Source: the human T2T-CHM13v2.0 reference genome, Homo sapiens. Taken from it: a DNA stretch of 64,000 bases. The notes below the pieces were generated by a model, which saw nothing but the letters and a program-made list of their open reading frames with translations, made no database searches and was not told where the DNA came from. Below, in pieces: positions 14,534 through 26,831 of this stretch (the first letter of the stretch is position 1; each line of letters begins with the position of its first letter). The position numbers and the translations under genes were made by a program. The DNA lies in NCBI RefSeq assembly GCF_009914755.1, contig NC_060925.1; one strand, given 5' to 3'.

Positions 14534-16898
14534 TTTTTTCCAACTTTTATTTTAGAATCAGGGAGTAGAAATCATTTTTACAATTAATAATACATAATAG
14601 TTATATATGGGGTACATGTGATATTTTGATACATGCATACAATGTGTAATGATCAAATCAGGGAAATTGGGACATCTGTCATCTCAAATGTTTATGACTT
14701 ATTGTATTGGTAACATTCTAACTTCTCTTCCAGTTATTTTGTAATATACAATAAATTGTTAACTATAATCTCCCCACTACAACCACTAGAACGTATTCCT
14801 TCTATTTGACTGCATTTTTGTAACCATTATCCAACTTCTTTTCATTCCTTTTTCCCTACCCTTCCCAGCCTCTGGCAACTGCCATTTTACTCACTACTTC
14901 AATAAGATCAACTTTTTTATCTCCCACATATGAGTGAGAGTATGCAACATTTGTCTTTCTGTGCCTGGTTTATTTCACTGAACATAATGTCCTCCAGTTC
15001 CAATCATGTTGCTGCAAATGTAAGAATTTCATTCTTTTTTATAGTTGAATAATATTTTATTGTATATACATATTGCTTTTTTTCCCCACCTGTTCATGTC
15101 TTGATGGACACTTAGGTTGATTCCGTATCTTGGTTATTGTGAATAGTGTTGTAATAACATGGTAGTGCATTTATCTGTTTGATATTGCTGATTTCCTTTC
15201 TTTTGGATATATACCCAGCAGTGGGATTGCTGGATCATATGATAGTTCTATTTTTAAATTTTTGAGGAACTTCCATACTGTTTTCCATAATGGCTATTTT
15301 AGTTTTACATTCCCCCAATAGTGTATGAGTGTTCTGTTTTCTCTGCATCCTCACCAGCGTTTGTTACTTTTTGTCTTTTTGATAATAGCCATATTAACTA
15401 GGTGAGATTATATCTCATTATAGTTTTATAGTTTTGATTTGCATTTGCCAGAGGCAAAATGAGTAATTTTTCATATAACTCTTGGCAATTTCTATGTCCT
15501 CCTGTGAGAAATGTCTATTCAGATCTTTTGCTGACTTTTTAATAGTTTTTTTCTGATTATTAATCACTTGTCAGATGGATAGTTTGCAAATATTTTCCCA
15601 TTTTTTAGGTTGCCTGTTCACCGTGTTGATTATTTTCTTTGCTGTGCAGAAGCTTTTTAGCTTAATATCATCCTGTTTGTCTATTTTTGTTTTGTTGCCT
15701 GTGCTTTTGAGGTCTTACTCAAGTAGTCTTTGCCAAAACCAATGTCCTGAAGCATTTCCCAGTGTTTTCTTGTATTAGCTGCATAGTTTCAGGTCTTACC
15801 TTTAAGTTTTTAATCAACTTTGACTTGATTTTTGTATATGGTGAGAGATAGGAGTCTAGTTTTATTTTTCTGCATATGGATATCCAGTTTTTCCAGCAGC
15901 ATTGATGGAAGACACTGTCTTTTCAACAGTGTATTTTCTTGGTGCCTTTCCTGAATTTAGGTTGACTATAAATGTGTAGATTTATTTCTGGTTTCTCTGT
16001 TCTATTCCATTGGTCTATGTGTTTTTATGCCAATATCATGCTGTTTTGGTTACTATAACTTTGTAGTGTATTTGGAGTCAGGTAGAGTGATGCCTCTAGC
16101 TTTGTTCTTTTTTCTTAGGATTGCCTTAGCTATTCAGGGTCTTTTGTAGTTCCATACAAATTTTAGGTTTTTTTTTTTCTGTTTATTTGAATGTCATTGG
16201 TATTTTGAAAGGGATTACATTAAATCTGTATGTTGCTTTGGGTGATATTGTCCTTTTAACAATATTAATTCTTCCAATCCATGAACATGGCATATCTTTT
16301 TAATGTGTTGTTTGGTTTGCTAGTATTTTGTTAAGGATTTTTGCATCTATGTTTCTCAGGGATATTGGCCTCCTATAATTTTTTTTGTTGTATGTGTCCA
16401 TGTCTGCTTTTGGTATCAAGATAGTGCTGGCCTCACAGAATGAGTTTGGAAGTATTCTCTCCTCTTAACTTTTTAAGAATAGTTTGAGTGGAGTTGGTAT
16501 TAGTTCTTCTTTAAGTGTTTGGTAGAATTCAGCAGTGAAGCCATCAAGTTCTGGGCATGTCTTTGATGGGAGACTTTTTATTATTGCTTCAATCTCTTTA
16601 CTCATTATTAGTCTGTTCAGATTTTCTATTTCTTCATGGTTCAATCTTGGTAGATTGTATGTGTCCAGGAATTTAGCCATTTTTTCTAGGTTTTCCAGTT
16701 TGTTGGCATATATATTTTTCACAAGTCTCCAATGATCCTTTGTATTTCTGTGGAGTCAATTGTAATGTCTTTTCATCTTTGATTTTATTTATTTGAGTCT
16801 TCTTTCTTTTTTGCTTAGTCTAGCTAAGGGTTTGTTGATTTTGTTTATCTTTTCAAAAAATCAAGTTTTTGTTTTGTTGATCTTTTTATGTTTTTTAG
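14534..16898 (-). mobile_element. L1MA-type fragment (3'UTR plus part of ORF2, internal deletion near 16300)
   Basis: Antisense L1MA 3' end; ORF2 peptide [22 protein letters not shown]...[10 protein letters not shown] at 16465-16722. Confidence 0.88.
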
Positions 16899-16939
16899 GA
16901 CTTTTAAGAATAATAATAACCTATTTCGGTCCCATTTTC

Positions 16940-17120
16940 ACAAGTCTGTGATTATAGGCAAGTTATACTTACTATCTCTACTATCTGCTTTCTTCATTTG
17001 GAAAATGATAATGATGATACCTACTTCATAGAGTTTTAAGATTTTTATAAAGGAAAAGTATATAATGCACACAGCACAATGCTTGGCATATAGAAAATAC
17101 TCAACAAATGTTAGTTATCT
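16940..17120 (+). mobile_element. MIR
   Basis: ggcaagtta...ttcttcatttggaaaatg...cttggcatatag...aaatgttagttat. Confidence 0.7.
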
Positions 17121-17939
17121 TCCATTTTTATCTTAATTTTCCTGGTGTATTTTAATTCTGACATAATTTGTAAATTAGTTCTAAGTCACTTTTAAGAAAA
17201 ATGCTGATCCCCTAAGAAGTTTAAAATAGTGAATGTTTGTCTGTAGTAAGTCAAAATAATCAGAAATGTTTTAATGTCCATCAAATATTTGATTAAATTA
17301 ATTTGCATTGTTCTAATTTAGGTATGTGTAGCTCAAGCACTTAGAACAAATTTCTTTGACCATTTGACCTTTTTTTTCATATTAGGATAAAAAGTGGATA
17401 AGCAATGTTTTTATTTATTCTAATTTCTATGCTCTTTTGAGATCATATTTGACCTTCAGTATTGCTCTGAATAGATTTTGGTACAGTAGTGTTAGTTCTA
17501 TTGCTTTGTTTGTACAGTTAAATACATCAAACTCAGCAATTTTTTGTGGGGGTGATGGGGATTGGAGAGATTAGTAAATGATTTCTAAGTTCTGTTAATT
17601 AAAATGTAACTATATATTTTAGAGAGAAGTTAGTAGTCATATCACTTTAGTTCATGAAGACTTGGCAAATTTTTAATAATTAATAAGTTTTTTCTGCCAA
17701 TGAGCATTAGATTACTGCTGACTTTTTAGTGTCATAGTACCTTGTGGTAGTTTCTTTACAGGGTTTACAGGAGTATGGCAGTTTATTTTTTCTGTCTTGT
17801 CCATACGAAATAATCTTTACAAATGCTATAAGGAGAATACCTTGAGAAGTTCATAAATGCCTTAATATATTATAAAGATCGGTCAGTTCCATTGTCTTCT
17901 TTTGTCAGTCTTGATCGGAGCTTGCCGAGTAAGTCTATA

Positions 17940-18230
17940 AGCCTGCATGTGCCTGGCAACTGTTACCTAGTGACAGTTTCAGCTGCAGTAGCCATTGGCT
18001 GTGCTGTTGATTGGGGCAGGAGGGCCGAGTCACCTTTCTGATGGTGAGTTTTTCTGCATCAGCCCAGGATGAGGAGGAGGAGTAGGGCTTGGGCTCAGGT
18101 GGAGTCATTGATGCTGAGAGATTGTGAAGAATATACTGACAGCATCCTTGTAGCTGCATCACAGTAAATCGGACTTCTGAATCAAGCAGCCCAGCCTAGC
18201 AGCTGATAAGAGTGAATGTAGGTGAGAAGC
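17940..18230 (+). promoter_or_regulatory. Candidate distal promoter/enhancer: RFX X-box-like site, two reverse CCAAT boxes, downstream splice donors
   Basis: CCTGGCAAC 17952-17960, GTTACCTAGTGAC 17962-17974, ATTGG at 17994 and 18010, ATG|GTGAGT at 18043/44, TAG|GTGAGA at 18221/22; locally GC-richer, non-repetitive. Confidence 0.35.
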
Positions 18231-19844
18231 ATTACCTTATTCCTGTAACAAGAGAACTGTTTTGTGATAAGTGAAACTAGGAATGTAGAAGAAGAAATAT
18301 CCTATGGCTATTATAAAAGAAGAAGGACTTGCCTGAATGACTTGGTGGTGCACCAGAAAATAACTTTCAGAAGAATGCTTTCTGTTAAGCTGCTGCATTG
18401 TTCCTGGAGGAAATGTTATTTCTAATGCATGTTATTTCTTCAAAAGATAGGATAACAAAGAATGACAGGAGACTCTCTGAAATGACTTCACTTTTAAAAA
18501 ATACTTTGGCAAATGTTAACCTGATATCAAAATGACCTTGGAAGCATTTTGGATGGATTCTATCCTGGCAGCCTTGCAATGTTTCAAACTCTAGGATTTA
18601 AAGTTCATCTTGATACTTTAGAGGTATTTTAAAATAAGACTATCTTGCAACCTACCTAATGGCCCCTGTGTTAATTGAGCACTTGCTCAAAATAGAGTAC
18701 AGAAAAATAGAAGAGGCATTTTTTAACATATGGCTGCTACATAACTGCAAATGTAATAAACAAGGTAATTTTCCACTTTCAGAAGATATAGTTGAAGTAA
18801 TGATTTAATGTGTTAAATCATCTACTGAAAATAGAAAAGGTATAGCAACATAGAACATGAAGCCTATTAGAAATACCTAAGTAATAAATAATGGCAGCAT
18901 TTCTGGTCAAATAAGCTCGGAGTATATTGGAAAGTTTTATTGTCTAACTTTATATTTACATATATATGTGAGATATGGGTATACAGTTGCAAAGGTGAGA
19001 AATAACTGTGAGCTACATATTTTATTATCATGCTCCATTATAAGGAAGGTGGTATATGAAATAACAAATGTTATTTTAAGTTATAGATGCCAAATTAATA
19101 GCAAAAATAATTCATTTTGAAAAGGAAGAGGTATAAGTTACGTTGCTGTTAGTACCACCAGTAACTGTAATGGATTAAAACTGCTTTCATCTAAATGCTT
19201 TAAAAATGCATGCAGAATTAAAACTTCAGAAGTTTATTACATTTTGCCAGGTGTTAATTCATTAATTCATTGTATATTCTCTTTTCTATTGGAAAATACT
19301 TTTTTCTCATGAGAGTTATAGGGCAATCTGGAGTCTGTTTGTTACCTCTATTCTGCCCATGTAGAGATGAATCTTTTCAAATTAACTTTGATAGAGTTGT
19401 TTTTCTTAGATTTTAGAAAAATGAGAAATAGGTTATAAATTTGACCCCCCAACATCAATCCCTGAACTAAGCCCAAAGACACTCTTTGCCACAATGAACT
19501 TTTTCTTAGCTTTTCAACCAAATTTGAGATCTTAAATTATTTAAAATCTAAAATATGAATGCATTTTTCATCATAGATAAAGCAGGAAGCCTGAGACAGT
19601 TTCAGAGTTTTTCTTTTCTCATTCTTTCCAGTTGCTCCCTAAGAAACTGCCTCTCTTAGGAGAACAGCCCACAGAAGCTTTTCTTCCTTTGGCAATTCAT
19701 TTTTTTTCTTTTTACAGATTTAATTTTTCATAGTGCAAGATAATAAGAAGTCTATTTTCTCTAGAAGTGCCTTATGTCTGCAAAAAGTTCTTTGAGGGCA
19801 CCAGAGGAAACTAATTAGTGACCTCTTTTCACCTCCTTTCTAGC

Positions 19845-19895
19845 TTATCCCCTTCTCTCCACCCCTTACCGCCCCCCCCCCACCCCCCCGCCCGA
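19845..19895 (+). promoter_or_regulatory. C-rich GC-box tract (Sp/KLF sites; G-quadruplex potential on - strand) about 200 bp upstream of the GPR52 ATG
   Basis: CCGCCCCCCCCCCACCCCCCCGCCCG at 19869-19894, containing two CCGCCC and one CACCC. Confidence 0.5.
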
Positions 19896-20030
19896 AAGCT
19901 GAGGTGTGTCACTGCTGAACTGAGGCTGGTGAAGAGACTTGAGCACTCTCTGGGACTCTCAGCTGTGACAGAAGCACTGACACTGTCTACTGAAGCAGGT
20001 TCTGAAACACTCATGTGCGGTGTTTAACAG

Positions 20031-20081
20031 ATGCTGGGCAGGGCATCTGCTTGCTGTAGCCAAGTCTGCAGGTATCTTTAA
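20031..20081 (+). other. Candidate uORF ([16 protein letters not shown]) ending 11 nt before the GPR52 start; a second tiny uORF MCGV* at 20013-20027
   Basis: Direct translation; relevant only if transcription starts upstream of these ATGs. Confidence 0.4.
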
Positions 20082-20092
20082 ATTTCCAAGCC

Positions 20093-21178
20093 ATGAATGA
20101 ATCCAGGTGGACTGAATGGAGGATCCTGAACATGAGCAGTGGCATTGTGAATGTGTCCGAGCGTCACTCCTGCCCACTTGGATTTGGCCACTACAGTGTG
20201 GTGGATGTCTGCATCTTCGAGACAGTGGTTATTGTGTTGCTGACATTTCTGATCATTGCTGGGAATCTAACAGTTATCTTTGTCTTTCATTGTGCTCCAC
20301 TGTTACATCATTATACTACCAGCTATTTCATTCAGACGATGGCATATGCTGATCTTTTCGTTGGAGTTAGCTGCTTGGTTCCTACTCTGTCACTTCTCCA
20401 CTACTCCACAGGTGTCCACGAGTCATTGACTTGCCAGGTTTTTGGATATATCATCTCAGTTCTAAAAAGTGTTTCTATGGCATGTCTTGCTTGCATCAGT
20501 GTGGATCGTTATCTTGCAATAACCAAGCCTCTTTCCTACAATCAACTGGTCACCCCTTGTCGCTTGAGAATTTGCATTATTTTGATCTGGATCTACTCCT
20601 GCCTAATTTTCTTGCCTTCCTTTTTTGGCTGGGGGAAACCTGGTTACCATGGTGACATTTTTGAATGGTGTGCCACGTCTTGGCTCACCAGTGCCTATTT
20701 TACTGGCTTTATTGTTTGTTTACTTTATGCTCCTGCTGCCTTTGTTGTCTGCTTCACTTACTTCCACATTTTCAAAATTTGCCGTCAGCACACCAAAGAG
20801 ATAAATGACCGAAGAGCCCGATTCCCTAGTCATGAGGTAGATTCTTCCAGAGAGACTGGACACAGCCCTGACCGTCGCTACGCCATGGTTTTGTTTAGGA
20901 TAACCAGTGTATTTTATATGCTGTGGCTCCCCTATATAATTTACTTTCTTCTAGAAAGCTCCCGGGTCTTGGACAATCCAACTCTGTCCTTCTTAACAAC
21001 CTGGCTTGCAATAAGTAATAGTTTTTGTAACTGTGTAATATACAGCCTCTCCAACAGCGTTTTCCGGCTAGGCCTCCGAAGACTGTCTGAGACAATGTGC
21101 ACATCCTGTATGTGTGTGAAGGATCAGGAAGCACAAGAACCCAAACCTAGGAAACGGGCTAATTCTTGCTCCATTTGA
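20093..21178 (+). CDS. GPR52: G protein-coupled receptor 52 (class A orphan GPCR, intronless CDS, 361 aa)
   Basis: [20 protein letters not shown]...RKRANSCSI recognised as human GPR52; seven hydrophobic segments, GN in TM1, DRY in TM3, WLP in TM6, NCVIY in place of NPxxY; Kozak gccATG. Confidence 0.98.
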
Positions 21179-22213
21179 AGAGAGCTACATAGTAAATCAA
21201 ATGTAATCTGACAGTGGTTTTGGATCATATTCTAGATTCATCTGGAAATTTGCCATCAGAGAAATATTTACTTGAATAGTTGACTGTAAAATGAAGTATG
21301 AGACTAAAGGTTTCTCTCTTTTTTTTTCTTTTTCATGGAAGAAACTAAAGGGAAGGATGTATAGAGGGTTAGCTCATGAAATAATTATAGCATGTGAGTA
21401 TTAGTGTGCAGTAATAGGAAAAATTAAGCACTGAGATGAAAAAGAATATCTCAAATCTTCTGCAGGACATGAGCAAGCCCCTTGGCTCAGCATTTCTGTC
21501 TTTCTGTCTGACTGTACCCTGCCTCTGTCTTTCTCATTTTGTCTATGTTTCTCTCACTCTTTGTGGAAGTTATTACTTACATAAACTGCCCTTTGTAGAA
21601 AAGTGCTACATATTATATATGTGGTAAAGTATAATCTTTTGCATCAAAGTGTACCTTTAATCACACTAATCTATAATCCATAAGTGATCTCTTCATGGAG
21701 GATGCACAGTAAGCATTGCATTTTATTATTTGCCAAACAACCCCTTTGCTTGTGTTTTTATAATCTTCTCTGCAGCACAGTTTTTCTGCTATAAACAAAT
21801 AGAAACAGTATTTTTGTTTCTTCTGGGTAAAATGACATTTGCTTTTCCCTGGTTTCCTAACAGTCTCCTGTTTTTTTTCTCTCTTTTTCTTGATCTGCAT
21901 CCATTGGTACCTTACTTTAGAAGTGTCTTAGCTATTGAAAGAATCTACTGTATAGAGCATCCATGATGTTAAATAATGTATTTCTTCCAGCAAAGCAATC
22001 TGGTAGCTTATTAAATATTTTTAATGGCTTTTGGAAACATTTTTATCTGGTTCCTTTTAAATTAGTTCATGTGCTTAAAAGTGATGTCTTTTTTTTGCTA
22101 TAGTAAAGCTTTGTTTTTCTTTAAGAAAACCCACTAGTAATTGTAATGCAGATGCAGGATACTCACCCAGCAGTGAGGTATTACTCTTAAGGGTACTTAG
22201 AATGCCCTTTTTA

Positions 22214-22260
22214 AAAATAAATAAATAAAATAAAACATGAATCTTTTTTGTGTTAGGTCT
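22214..22260 (+). terminator. Candidate GPR52 polyadenylation signal cluster
   Basis: Overlapping AATAAA hexamers at 22216-22234 followed by U/GU-rich TTTTTTGTGTT; further AATAAA near 22834 and 22985. Confidence 0.3.
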
Positions 22261-23389
22261 ACGATAGCTTACTGTTGTGTCCACTAGTCAGTCATTTGTG
22301 TGATATGCGTTTGCACATACTATGTTTTTCACAGCAAAGAAAATGTAAATTATGTTATCTGTGCCTAACGTTTTCTTAGCAAAATATATAGATCAATGTT
22401 GTTTAAGTTGTCAACATTGGAAAAAGTATATACAAAAACCTATTTTAAGAGAAAAATACTTTTGTGTAATTGTTATTTAGATATTTATATTAGACAAAGC
22501 TGCATTTTTAGTGCCGCTGAGAATATAATATACTTAATTATCAAATACAGGTAAGAGCTGACAGTATTTTCTTTTGTAATGATCTGTTTTCAAATGCAGA
22601 GATTAACTTATTTTTTTGCCTGCTACATGGGGTTGTGTGATAAATTGTCAGGGGTTTAGATGTAGCAAAGTAGCATTTGGGGAATTAGCGAAGCAAGTAT
22701 GAGCAGTAAAACATCTAAGTATTACTTTTTTACCATAAGTTTCTTGCCTGAAAGATATTTTAAAATTTATATCAAACTACTGAGTATTTTTCTTCTCAGC
22801 ATTTTTGATTTCTTTGTTTTATGAAATGCATTTAATAAAATGTGCCTATGACTCTTCAAATTAGAAGCCAACCATGTTTGCACCCTGGTGGTTTGGCTTC
22901 AAAGGTCTTTTAGTAGAAATGTTGTCATTTTATTGAGGTTGTTCTGAACCCCTGTATATTTTTAAACATGTAAGAAAGATTTAAAATAAAGAATAAAATA
23001 ATATTCTATATATCAAAATGAGACTTTGCCTCAGTTTAATAAAACACTTAGGACAAGAGTTTACTTTTTTGGGAATCAAAATCTGATTGTTTTATACTTC
23101 TGTAGCTTGGGTTTATATTTATTCTTGTCCCCTGTTTGCCAGTGGCATCTTGGTTTAAATGTGCCTTTTAAATTCAGACCAGTTCAAGGAAAACAAAGTT
23201 CAAGGAAGTGTACTGCTAACATTTCAGATATCACATATAAGACTTCTAAATTATACATATTATTTGGGAATCGTATTTTTATTTCTTTAAGGTATAAATA
23301 TAGTTAGAAAGGACCCAGTGGATTCTGTGTACAGAAAGCCTGAGGCCATGCTTACTGCATTTTCCCCTTCTGGCTTTTCCCCATAGTAA

Positions 23390-23610
23390 TTAATAACAAT
23401 TATATGCCAGGCTCACTGTTCACTTTTACATGTGTTATACCTTAAATCCTCACTACAGCCTTTTGAGATAATAGTTATTATTTCCACTCCAGAGATAAGG
23501 AAACGAAAGAAAAATGATTATTCGTCAGTTAACTAGTCAATGGCAGAGGTTCCCGCCCATCCAGTAGGCCTGGGCCAAAGCCTGCCTGCTTCACCGGTAG
23601 GCTGCGCTGC
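23390..23610 (-). mobile_element. MIR
   Basis: tatatgccaggc...aatcctcactacagcc...agataaggaaac. Confidence 0.65.
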
Positions 23611-24453
23611 TTTCATTTCAAAAGCCTTTAAATTTTTGTACCTCTGTCTGTACCTTTTCCCTACAATATTTCTCTGAGTTTTATTTATTTTTTTCTCATC
23701 GTAAGTCTTTTGCTTGAGTTCTTTTCTTGTCTTGTGATATCTTTTTCTTTGATCTTAAAAGTTTCTTTTATTAAAACAGCAATCTGATAAGCTCAAACTT
23801 ACCAGTTTAGTCTATAATCAAACTGAAATTGTTGATATTACTTTGGTTTACTTTTGTTATTTCCCTTGAATACCTTTTTGAAATCTCTATCAATTTCTTT
23901 TTGGAAAAAAATTGTTTTGAAGAGGAAGAGTGAAAAGAAAGGCTTTATCATAGGCTGAAAGAGGCTGAATGAGGCAAATTCTGAGTTTATTTATTTACTA
24001 TAGTATTTTATATACAACTCTAGGACAAACCACTTAACTTCCTTTTATCATATTTTAATGTGTTTGTATAATAAGCTAATCCTTATTTTGAAACCTCTCT
24101 TTTTAGGTAATGTGTTTTAAGAATAGGAAGCATAACCATTTTTCTCATCATTATATTGTATTTTGTGGTAATTATCCAGTTTGGCTATAAAAGACAGCCA
24201 AAAAACAATGCATTCTGTATTCTTTTTCCTAAGGGTTCTATTATTTGCATAGTTGTTTCTAGAGTTATAGAGTGTTGGAAAGCTTCATAATTGACACTAT
24301 TAGTATATGAAACTTGGGCTGAGATCCAGGCCCTCATAAACTGCTTGGCCTTGGGTAAGATACCAAATGCTCCAAAACCTTAGTTTTGGCATTGATTAAA
24401 AAATCTTAAGTCAGAGACTTGTAGCTCTCTGTTTAGCTGAATTTGAGGACTAA

Positions 24454-24841
<388 letters not shown>

Positions 24842-25963
24842 GGTAGCTGCTGTTTTGTTATCTTTGTGGGTGCCATATTTATTAACATCACAACTTAAAG
24901 GTCACTAATCCCAATTCAAACAGGAATAAACCATTGAGCATTAGGGTTTTCTAAGATAGCATTTCTTTTTGCAAATCTATTTAAATTCAAATTTTGGGGT
25001 TAAACTCAGATATTTCAAGTATATTTCTGAAAGCTCGTTTCCCAGGAATAGTTATTCATGAAGACATCGTTTGAGATTAAAGATATCCAGCAAGCGGATG
25101 TTGTGATGAGACAGGCATGATTCTGAGGTTAACCTACCTCTTACTTTATTACACTAAATATGCTTAAACATTTTATTCTCGTTAGGGAAGTAATAATAGG
25201 AAGGATTGTCCAGGGATGTCTTGTCATTTGTCTTTGCACTTTAATTTTCCTCATTTATTAAAATGGGATTTGAAGTATTTTGTCATATATCTATTTCTTG
25301 GGAGAAACAATGATTAATAAGCTGATTTGCTCCATAGATAACATAAATTATGTGAATTTAAAGATAAATGAAGTTGCCTTAAAGGACCTTTCCTCTTTTT
25401 CTCCCCACGCTAGAAGGTAATCATTAGATGTGAAAAAGATACAATTACATAATAAGTAGATAAAAAAGATTTAGATGTGAGAAATCTGCTGGTATAACAT
25501 TCTGAGCATAGATAGCATCATGTATGTGTAGGTAGGGCCATTTTGGTGCATAGGAGCATGTATGTGTTACTCAGTCAGTGCTGTACTCTGACGTGTAGGT
25601 TCCAAAAGATGCTCTTTTCCTTGAGCAGAAATTAACTTTATTTTAGATTGAGTGATATGTAGAAAGTGGTAATCCTGTAACCAAATACATAGATATTGAG
25701 GAAAACAAAATTGCTAGAGTAGAGAAAACAGTTCCTATTTTATGATTTCTCATAAATGGAAGTTTGATTCAGTGCTAGTCTTGCTCTGTATTTTAAAATA
25801 TTCATAACTTTTTTCAATAGTAAAAGTGTTTTTTTAAAATATTAACATGATGTCATTAAGGTTTTTCTTCATGACTATTTTGTTTTAATTTTTTACAATG
25901 AGCATTGGTAAAAATTTCTTTTATAATCAGAAAAATTAATATTTGGTTAAAAAGAATGCTGAA

Positions 25964-26325
<362 letters not shown>

Positions 26326-26537
26326 CTATCCAATAATGTCTCAATATTGTCTTATAAAGATAGGTTATATAGTTTTTCTGAGTTCTGTAATTTTTATTTC
26401 AGGTAGATTTTTACAATAAACTTGACAACCTTCTACTTGCAATAGTAGATGTTCTTGACTTATTTTTGCTTTAATGTAAACAGTTTGAGGTATTACTTGA
26501 TGAATCTGAAATGGATCTCAATCACTGTAGGATTTTT

Positions 26538-26831
26538 TTTTTTTTTTTTTAGACAGAGTCTCGCTCTGTTGCCCAGGCTGGAGGGCAGTGGCGCTATCTC
26601 TGCTCACTGCAAGCTCGCCTCCCGGGTTCACGCCATTCTCCTGTCTCAGCCTCCCGAGTAGCTGAGACTACAGGCGCCCACCAGCACTCCCAGCTAATTT
26701 TTTGTGTTTTTAGTAGAGACTGGGTTCCACCTTGTTAGTCAGGATGGTCTCGATCTCCTGACCTCCTCGTGTTCTACCCGCCTCAGCCCTCCAAAGTGCT
26801 GGGATGACAGGCATGAGCGACCGCCCCGGCC
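26538..26831 (-). mobile_element. Alu (AluY-like)
   Basis: gggttcacgccattctcc; TSD CACTGTAGGATTTTT at 26523-26537 and 26832-26846. Confidence 0.95.

Noticed and set aside
20116-21134. Alternate-frame and antisense ORFs overlapping GPR52
   Set aside because: Short, with no recognisable motifs; expected shadows of a real CDS.
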